From assembly GCA_025201805.1 (NCBI GenBank), contig MU619244.1, forward strand, positions 240,861 to 304,860: DNA of 64,000 nt, written 5' to 3'. The notes under the pieces are model-generated. The model was not told the DNA's origin, ran no database searches, and worked only from the letters and a program-made list of their open reading frames with translations. The translations under genes were made by a program, and so were the position numbers. Numbering within the stretch: the stretch's first letter is position 1; the number at the start of each line of letters is the position of its first letter. Shown here one piece after another: positions 52,073-64,000 of this stretch. The stretch is from Parasitella parasitica NRRL 2501 (taxonomy: Eukaryota > Fungi > Mucoromycota).

Positions 52073-52185
52073 TACTGCGCTTTGACTTCGCCGCAACCAA
52101 TTCGATCGCTCAACAATCATGTATTATATTGATCGATGCGTCGGGACGTATATTGGCTTGCTTTTCGTCATCACTGACAGCGTCC

Positions 52186-53406
52186 AGCTTCTCCTTCTAA
52201 TTTTGTCACTGCTTGGTTGGTTTACGCCTTCCAAGTATACACTGGTCATAAATCTGTCTTGCCTTGGTTCTCTTTTCCAGACAAGTTCAAATTCCGTGTA
52301 TCTTCTGTGCCTGTTCTTAAACATCTTAGCAATCTCTTGACAAAACTACCTAAGCTAGTTCCTTCCTCTAATTGGTCTGCTAGGTGGTTTCTTGATTTTC
52401 CACTGTGTTATGTACTCAGTACTGTGTCGTCAGTTCCTTCGATGGTTGATCCTGCTACCTTGGATCCTCGATATCTGGTTTCTGACATTTGCTTTTGGCA
52501 GCCTGATCTTGGCATTGTCGAGGGTGTTACTCGGCATCTGACGTGGCCCACAAAAGTCCGTCGTGTCTATTTAGATGTCAACAAAGATCTTGGCCCTGTC
52601 TGTCTGGTTTTCCCGCCTGTCATGGATAGTAAGATAGTCTTGTGTCATGCAGACTATCATACTATGCCCCGTTCTGATGATGCTTCTTCGTGAATGCCAG
52701 ATTGCTCACACTGGACAATTTCCAATTCGTCTCGTTCTTCTGTTCCTGTGGCTCGCTTGTCTTTGAACGCCCTGCGAAGGTATTGGCATCCTGCAAAGGA
52801 TATTATTACCTCTCGTATGGGTTCTCTCTGCCTGTCCATTTGCGATTACCTCCTCCTTCTTGGCGTCTTTTTTGGTCCCTGGATTTGCCAGCAAAAGCAT
52901 TCATACCTTGGTGGCGATTGTTACATGATCGAGTGGCTCACCGATCTTGGTGCCATCGCATAGTTCCAGCAAAAGTTCTGGCTCCGGAAGACTTGTTCCA
53001 TTTTGTTGTCGGCTGTTCCTTCAAAGCCCGGTATTGGCGAGATGTTGTATCCTTGCTGTCCCTGCAGGATCTCCTCCCAACTGCCATGTCTATCTGGCAA
53101 GCTCTGACTAGTTTTTGTTCTCAAAATTTGGAAATGCTCGATGAAGAGGTTCTGGTGGCTCTTGGTACTGCGTACAGTACACTTTGGAAATATCATTGGC
53201 GATGTGTCATAGACACGGAGCCCTGGATTGCTTCGGCATATTTTAACGTGGTTCGTCAGGATCATGGTCTACTATTTTCTTCTCTTTCGTCTTTGGCAAG
53301 TGTTCAAGCTGGCAGCTTGACCTTGCCTGCACATAGTCTATAGTTTCGTTATGAAATTTTAATAAAGATACATTTTCATACAAAAAAACAAAAAACAAAA
53401 AAAAAA
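52186..53406 (+). mobile_element. 5'-truncated non-LTR retrotransposon (L1-like) with poly(A) tail
   Basis: zf-RVT-like ORF2 end (WRLFWSLDLP.KA..WWRLLHDR, EDLFHFVVGC, LWKYHW), AATAAA near 53361 and an A-rich tail at 53382-53406. Confidence 0.88.
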
Positions 53407-54681
53407 TTCAATTAAATTATGAATATCAAATCGCATCCCAGCCAAAAGTTGCAATTACCATGTTATTATCCAAGTCCTCGAAAAGAGGACTGAGAATTGC
53501 TTCCAAATGTCGTGTGATCAGTTCCGTTTCCTTGGGCCCATTTTCAATGATTTGGCGTGGCTGCTTTTCCATCCTATTTATGATTTAGAATTAGATGCGA
53601 TATTTTTAACAGCCTAAAAACTTACATGCTTCGGAAGGACAACAAAATCCTGTTAACAGGATTAAGGACATCACCGTCTTGTATCAGGGCAGAAATTTGC
53701 CGTGATGCTGCTAGGCGCGTGCATGCTTTTCCTTGGTCACCGTCCTAATACGGATAAAAAATAATCAAGAACTATTCATTTTTCTATTCTGGTTTCTCTC
53801 TCAAATTTACCACATCCAATTGCATCATGATTTCTTCAAGTTGCAGTTTGACTTCAGTTGGAAACGACTGATTAGTCATATCATGTTTTTTAATGATATG
53901 CTGGCAAAGTGCATCACATGTGTCGAGATCAATGTGCTTGTGCAAATCTTTGTGGGTGCGCGCTGGCTTCAGCAACAATATAGAGGAGAGAGCAAGTAAG
54001 TGTTGCACATGCTCTTCAACGGTGATAATGTTGCCTTGCTGTATGTGGTTGTTTTCATCTTGTTTGAAACTATAAAATCGAGCAGATATGTCAATGTCGT
54101 TAAAAATCATGCAATCGTCCGTTGTTGGTGGTGAAATATTATTTTCAGTAAATTGAATTGGACTACATTTTTCATGCTAACGCTTTCCCCCCTCGCCCAG
54201 CAAGTCTAGGTGCTAGTTTGGTACATTGGTTGCAAGGTTAAAAGTGCTTGTGTTTTTGGTATGTATCTGAATCTTTCTTTTGCTCTCTTCTCTTTTCTTT
54301 AATTCTTTTCTTTTCTTTTTCTATTTTCTTACTCTTATTTTGATGTCTCTTTATTCTTTTTCCCTCTTCACTCTTGGGAGGGTTTTTTCTACTTCTTATC
54401 TTGGCGAGCTGATCCGGGGCAATTTGGTTTCTTAACTATTGTGCCCCGTATGACCTTTTATTTCTTAAATAAATCTCTCCCATTTAATCGTACAAAAAAG
54501 ATACTCATTGAGCTTTGCTAGTGGTTGCGCATTCTTAAATACATGCTTCGCTAACGGGCCGGACATTGCCGGGTAAAATACGCACTGAGCTTTCAATTTA
54601 GGAGCAAAGGAAAAGGTGTGAAGGGCAATCCAGAAAGGCAAAAGGCGATACACCCTCCTCTTTCATCACCTATCTTTAGAC

Positions 54682-55273
54682 ATGTCTGGATCTGATCGGT
54701 AAGCATGCACAAAATTGTATCGAAAAGAGTGAGGATGAATGGATGGCTTGTCCTAGATGGATACATAGATGTGTGGATAGAAGGGATTAGAAAGGCTATG
54801 CCATGATCTCTCACTTTTTTTTTTTCTCTCTTTTTTGTGAAATACATGTGAGTAATTATGGCTAAACCTCCTGTTGTATAGTTTGTACAGCAAGGGCCGC
54901 GTCTTGGGTTTCGAGCGTGCCAAGCGTAACCAAAACCCCAACGTTTCTCTCATCCAAGTTGAAGGTGTCCAAACTACCAAGGATGCTCAATTCTATCTCG
55001 GTAAGCGTATTGCCTACGTCTACCGTGCCCAGCGTGAGGTCAATGGCTCCAAGATTCGTGTCATCTGGGGCCGTATTGCCCGTACCCATGGTACCAACGG
55101 CGTCGTCAAGGCCCGTTTCCGCAAGAACTTGCCTCCCAAGGTCTTTGGTGCTTCCGTCCGTGTGGTAAGTTGTGTTTGCTATCTGAATCTTGAACCATAT
55201 GCTGATCAATTGTACCTTTTTTTTTTTTTTTTTTAATATCATTACTTAGATGCTTTACCCTTCCAACATCTAA
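54682..55273 (+). CDS. RPL33: 60S ribosomal protein eL33 (L35a)
   Basis: Exons 54682-54698, 54882-55164 and 55250-55273 give [45 protein letters not shown]. Confidence 0.97.
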
Positions 55274-55666
55274 ATTGCTTTGATTTAGAAGAAACGAAAT
55301 TGTTTGACTCGAGAAAAATAAAACAGAATGATTTACTGGCATTTAGTGTTTTATATTTGCAATAATATTCTAAAATTGGGGTTTACGAGAAAAAGAGATG
55401 GGAATTCAGGTTGGAGTCGTTGATGATAATCAAATGGGGGGGGGGGGGTTTCTATCTTGTCGATAATGATACTGAAATCCACCTTAGTACTATTTGGTAT
55501 TATTAGACACAAAAGTTAATAATACTGAAACTCGGAAAATGAACCAATGTGGCAGCTCTAACTTTTCAGTATTGTTAAATCAAAAAAAAAAAAGTATAAA
55601 TGCTGACCAGCGTGTAAATTATCTACAAGTTACTTTTGTCTTCTTATTTATCTACCAGACCTAACT

Positions 55667-58593
55667 ATGCAACCAATTTTACCAGCTAATCAAAGAAAGG
55701 GGTGTCTCATCAAGCGTGAATCTAGCTCTGATTCTGAACAGGTGCCTGAACCTACCTTTTTATCAGTTGAGAGATTGGTTTGCACTGAACAAAGTGGACC
55801 CTCGGTTCAAAAAGCTCGCCATGGCCGTCTTAAGAAGACTCATGTCGAAACGATCCCTTTGGAAGGCTCTCAAAGTGAAGCTACTATTGTTGCTCCCTCT
55901 GCCACTATTCATACTAATACCGGTGCTTCCCAGCAAGTTGATGAAGTTGTTCTTACACTTCAAGACATTTTGAAGAACAAGTGGCCAAGTACCGAATTGG
56001 CTTATCGAATGCCTTTGGCTGTGTGGAAGGTATTGACATAATGAGTTTTGTTGGTGTACTTTTTCAAAAACAACGCACTAAATTTTATATATGACTTAGA
56101 AATACTGCCAAAGCTTAGAACTTGATAGATTTAGCGAAGATACTTTGCATCCTTACACTGTTGGTCCGCCCGCTAAAGTAGCAGCCTTTTTTTAACCCGT
56201 GTGTTCAAGAAGACGTACGCAAAATATGTGATAGTCGGTGGAGACGTCAGAACATAAGCGTCATCGCGAAATGATGGAGATGCTAGATCATCAACCAGAT
56301 TGGTTGCAAGTATTGCATTACTGTTGTGCCATGTAGTCTCATTGCCCCTATATATTAGTCAGAGGGTCAGAATACTCCCTCCCCCCCCCTATCAAGTATT
56401 ATATAAGTTATATCTTATCCAAACAAACAAACAATAGTCTTTATCCCATTAACCATTAGTTTTGGTAACTTTGGTTATATCTCTGTTGGGTGTTATATAT
56501 TGAATAATCGCTTAGTTTAAATCCTATATCAAGTAAATATCGGTCCACGCATCATTACAATATATTTTACGTATTTTTTTTTAAACACTCAAACTATAGA
56601 GACAGAAGATTGCCCAACCAATAAATCTGGAAGAGCAAAAAACCTTGAGATCCTATTGGCATTAAGTCTATAAACTAGTACAAGAAGGCCTTGATGTTCT
56701 AGTAGCTACCAGAAGAATAACATGGCCATCTCCAAAAATATGCAAAGAGGTGAAAAACATAATCAAATAGTATGGCGCAAACTTGATTTACGGATCGAGT
56801 ACAGACAAATGCTGATAGGGCTGCCCATGGTATCATCCGGGATTCATATAAAATTGGCCAATTTATTAAAATTCTGTTAGACTTGTGGTGCTCAACTGAC
56901 AAGCATCATTTGCAAGAAAGGTTTTCAATTTCTGCTCGCCACCACATGCTTCTTCGAGATCAAGATTTACGAAATTTGAATTTCTCGGATTGTTTCTCGA
57001 CTATTATTTCGCGCACGCAACATAGAGGTGTACAGCAAGCTGTTGCTCTCCTTTTTTGCTTGGATAAGGGTAAAAATCTGAAGGATGGTGAAGTAAAATT
57101 TGCGTGCGTGATGAGACATTACAATCTCTACAGATGTCCTTTCAGTGCCTTTGCGTTTTATATGTTCAGCAAACTTCAGGTAACTATAAAGAAAACGATT
57201 TCATAAATAGATTATTGAACTTTTACTTGTATTTGTCTTGTCTCAGAAGGAAGAGCCTGCGTTCCTGGACGACACAAGATGGCATAATTTTAAAGTACTT
57301 GTAGACAAAGAAGAGGGTATAAGTAGTGTCCAGCAGTACAATGCAACAAAGAAAATCTTTTTAGAGCATGGAATTCATACAAGTAGAGTTACGCATGGTG
57401 GCCGTCATGCCGGTGCTATGGAAGCTGAATCCCTTGGTATCCCCACTGATATCATCAAAAAAGGCGGTGGATGGAAGGATCGCTTGGGTCGTCTGGAGAC
57501 TCATTACCTTGGCAAGGTGCCATCTGAGTTTGCTCGTGGTATGGCTGGTTTTTGGAATAAGCCATTCGTATTTGAAAGAAATAGAGTGGATCCTCCCATT
57601 GAACTGCAGCAAGAAGTCTTCCCTTGGATTGAGGGTTGCTTTGGGGAGAATAATACCGATTGGAAGAAAGAATTTCTGGACGAAATGAACCAGATAGATG
57701 AAAATGAGTTTTACGAGGATGATGTTGAGGCTGAATTTGTTGAAGACGATGTAAGTCAGTCGACTTTGAGGAAAGGAAAGAAAAGGCAAAAGCAAGCAGT
57801 GGTCGTACACAAGACTATAGATGCCGCAAAAAGAGGGGTTTTGAAATTGTTGATCAGGTGTAGAAGGATCATTTTGCAAGACGCAGCTGCCTATCTCATT
57901 TTTAAAAAAGAAAACCACATTGTCAACACTCTCCCTTCATCGAACAACTTCTTTCTCTTGCCCCAGTTTAAAATATTCCAAGAACAAGTCAGACGTTCGA
58001 TCAATACTCCTACCAATGACCGACTTCAAGATTACGAGAGCCTCGTCCCTCACATCGTAGACTCTCAAAATGAAGTATCCAGCCGGATCGCTGGTTTTGA
58101 CCAGCAACTTACTCAAGTTCAAAAAATCATCCAGCGAGATCTTAGGCAAGAAATAGTTGAACTCAAACAGCAATCGCTTCTGAATCAGCAAAACGCCTCA
58201 AGGCAGATCAGTCAATTGCAACAGCACTTGCAACAATCCTTGGGTATGCAGCAGCTGATTCTGACCAACTTGCAATTTTTAACAAATCAGCGAATTGAGT
58301 CGATTGTTTCTATCTCTCCTACCGCTGCCACCTCAAATTCATCTTCTTTTACTTCTTTCTCTGCTCCTGTTCCTGATCTTCCTTCTTCATCCGTTCCATC
58401 CAGTTCTACTACTTCCACTTCTTTCCCGTCTATTGCATCTTCTTCGCGTGCACTACTTCCAACTCCTGCCCAGCCAGAAAACACTGTTTCTGATAACACT
58501 TGCTCGTCTACAAGCACGAGAAGAAAATACAAAAAAAAAAAGAGAAGGCAACAAAATGGGTTAATTACAATTTATAGAATAAACAAAAAATAG
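55667..58593 (+). mobile_element. Crypton-type tyrosine-recombinase transposon (Ndc10 domain II-like), 5' part degenerate
   Basis: LLRDQD, GK..DG..MRH..RCP..AFAFY, THGGRH, GGW, ETHYL and GMAGF motifs. Several stops and frameshifts in 56190-56800. Termini not defined. Confidence 0.85.
56332..56559. mobile_element. Possible solo LTR inside a Crypton intron
   Basis: 228 bp bounded by TGTA...TACA with an internal TATATAA. Removing it leaves an intron-sized gap of about 65 nt. No clean TSD. Confidence 0.4.
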
Positions 58594-59302
58594 TATAATA
58601 TATATTATGAGCGAGTAAAATTTCTAATAATGTAGAGTATACGGTAGCAAATAAGTTTATATAATGCTTCATAAAATGCTGAACTTCCTTAAGAAATACA
58701 TCACTAATGAAAGCTCTTGTCAGTTGAAGCGCCCTCTCAGTATTGAGATTTTGGTATTTTTGCAATTTTTTCCGAAATTATGGTTAATACCCGGCCCTGG
58801 TATCACCTTTTTTTTTTAAAAAAAAAAGAGAGTTTTCATGCGGTAAAAAGGTATGAAGAAGAAAGGGAAAAGCATAGTGTGTTTACTACTTGTATATTAT
58901 GCAAATAGGCGTAGCTCAGAGAGCATTTACCACATTTTTGGCCTCCACTTTGGCAACATCTTGATTGTTTGGTGTAAAATCGCGGGATAATACACAATGC
59001 AAAGTATCAGTTTAGCCAGTTTTGGTGATTCATGAGCCTTGTGCACTGTTTCCCGAGGTTGCTATGCAGTGCAAGATAGGGCTTGCTATAGTATTTATGA
59101 TGTCCTTTTTCCTCAGTCGTTTCTACTGTTGTATACATGTATCCACCGCTGAGTCTATGTCTATTTCTTCACGCCATTGTTGCCTCTGCTACATAGATCA
59201 TGACATGCACGCATAGTCATAAATTTTTATTTCATTTATTTTGTTTTTTGTTTTTTGTTTTTTTTTTTGTTTTATGTTTTGAAAGTAACTTATTAAATTA
59301 CA

Positions 59303-62741
<3,439 letters not shown>

Positions 62742-63081
62742 AATTTCAGTGATAAATGGTTGCTAAAAAGATCAAGTGAGGGAGAAAAAACAAAAGAAAC
62801 CATGTGTCGCAAAAAAAAATAACCTCATTAAAGTTGCTTCATAGGAAGCCACCATTACCTCCTCCTCCTCCTCCATCTCCATCTCTATCTCCACCAATAT
62901 GCCCCTGACGTCACAAAGCAATAGCTTTCCATAGATGTTGTGCCTGGATCATCCTATAGACGGCATGAGTGCAAATCCAAAACTGGAGTTGTTCAAAAAG
63001 AGTGCATGCAACCTTTTAGAATAAAGTGAGGCAACACATTTAATATTATTCATACTTTTATAAAAACAAGTTACATACAGT

Positions 63082-63083
<2 letters not shown>

Positions 63084-63112
<29 letters not shown>

Positions 63113-63119
63113 ATTGTTG
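63084..63119 (+). repeat. (TTG)n microsatellite
   Basis: Seen directly. Confidence 0.9.
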
Positions 63120-64000
63120 ATCACACTGCTAATTATGCATAAACTTGATGCAAAGATAGCAGCTACTGATCTTGAAAGCGCCTTCCTCCAACAGTGTAGC
63201 TTTGTCAAGGAATATACATCTATGCGTACATTCACGATTATATTTTTTTTTTGTGAAAAAAAAACAGATTGAACTGGGTTTATCATGTATACATCGCTCA
63301 GCATCAAAAGCAAAGTACAACAGTATCATGATACTTGAGGGAAACTACATACACACTGTTGTATTTGACTGTCGGGTTACATTTAAAAAAAAAAAGTACA
63401 ATACAAACAAACCATGATTTGCATCAAACGAACACGGTACACACAAAACTTCATTATCATCGACATACGGACATTCCCACGTGTGTAAAACAACAACAAT
63501 CATTACAGTGCTCAACAGCACTTTATAGTAAAAGCAACAAGGCTTGAGTTTCTTGCCAAATTCTTTTCTTTGTTACGACATGCTATTACAGGAAAGCGAA
63601 CCAATCGTGCAACTGTAACCAATGTGTTACTACTCTAAGCCAATGTCAGCAAAGTCATTTCATTGCTCTTTTAGGCTCCACAGACGCCTAGCCAGGAGAA
63701 ACATCAGTTGATCAGTGATTGCCTCAGCCAAAAAAAAAAAAAATCTTAATTGGTGACAATCCCGCTTCCTAGATTTTCTTTTATGAATATTTGTCGTCTA
63801 CTCTGACTTGCTTTGGCAAATAGAGGACTCTAGTGAAATTTTACAAGTGGACATTTTGACATGTAAAAGGAAGGGTCTTTGGTATGGTTGCATGATCCGC
63901 CTTTCCTCCTGCTGTTGCCATGGAGTTTGAATGGGCAGTGATTTGGCAAAAATTTTCCTTGATGGTGACAGAAGGTTGCCTTTTTTATTGTCTTTGCATT

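Larger units (their letters stand above)
51292..54175 (-). pseudogene. PD-(D/E)xK / restriction-endonuclease-like gene disrupted by two insertions
   Basis: Removing the inserts gives LLALSSILLL...ETELITRHLEAILSPLFED..IRPDASI..GCGEVKAQYQALSHRLVGIDLMRV..FLVVG/KNATFY..LYTICEIAHIQFP. Frameshifts are present. Confidence 0.7.

Noticed and set aside
58908-58950. tRNA-like start GGCGTAGCTCAG..AGAGCA
   Set aside because: No T-loop (GTTCRA) and no acceptor-stem pairing downstream.

Overview
AT-rich eukaryotic DNA with short (about 50-180 nt) GT-AG introns. Gene content and transposon families point to a Mucorales fungus (Mucor/Rhizopus-like; inference). About 19 host genes can be rebuilt by hand splicing: BTB protein, FMN split-barrel protein, Vac7, two C2 + class-3 lipase paralogues, nucleotide-sugar transporter, S41 peptidase, Elp6, a hypothetical gene, histone H3, aspartokinase, TruA-family pseudouridine synthase, LAMTOR3, ricin-B lectin, SPX phosphate transporter, F-box protein, Ecm33-like GPI protein, Cys-type glutathione peroxidase, eL33 and a SAM-kinesin-13. 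Decayed mobile DNA lies between them: Tc1/IS630, MULE, Crypton, a LINE 3' end, a gypsy gag fragment and a possible solo LTR. The most unusual signal is an intron-containing gene with a serine-recombinase (resolvase)-like fold at 3045-3946 that lacks the canonical DRLxR arginines; a second, diverged relic lies near 10.9-11.3 kb. A PD-(D/E)xK-like gene at 51.3-54.2 kb is broken by two reconstructable insertions. All family calls come from motif recognition by eye; no database search was run.
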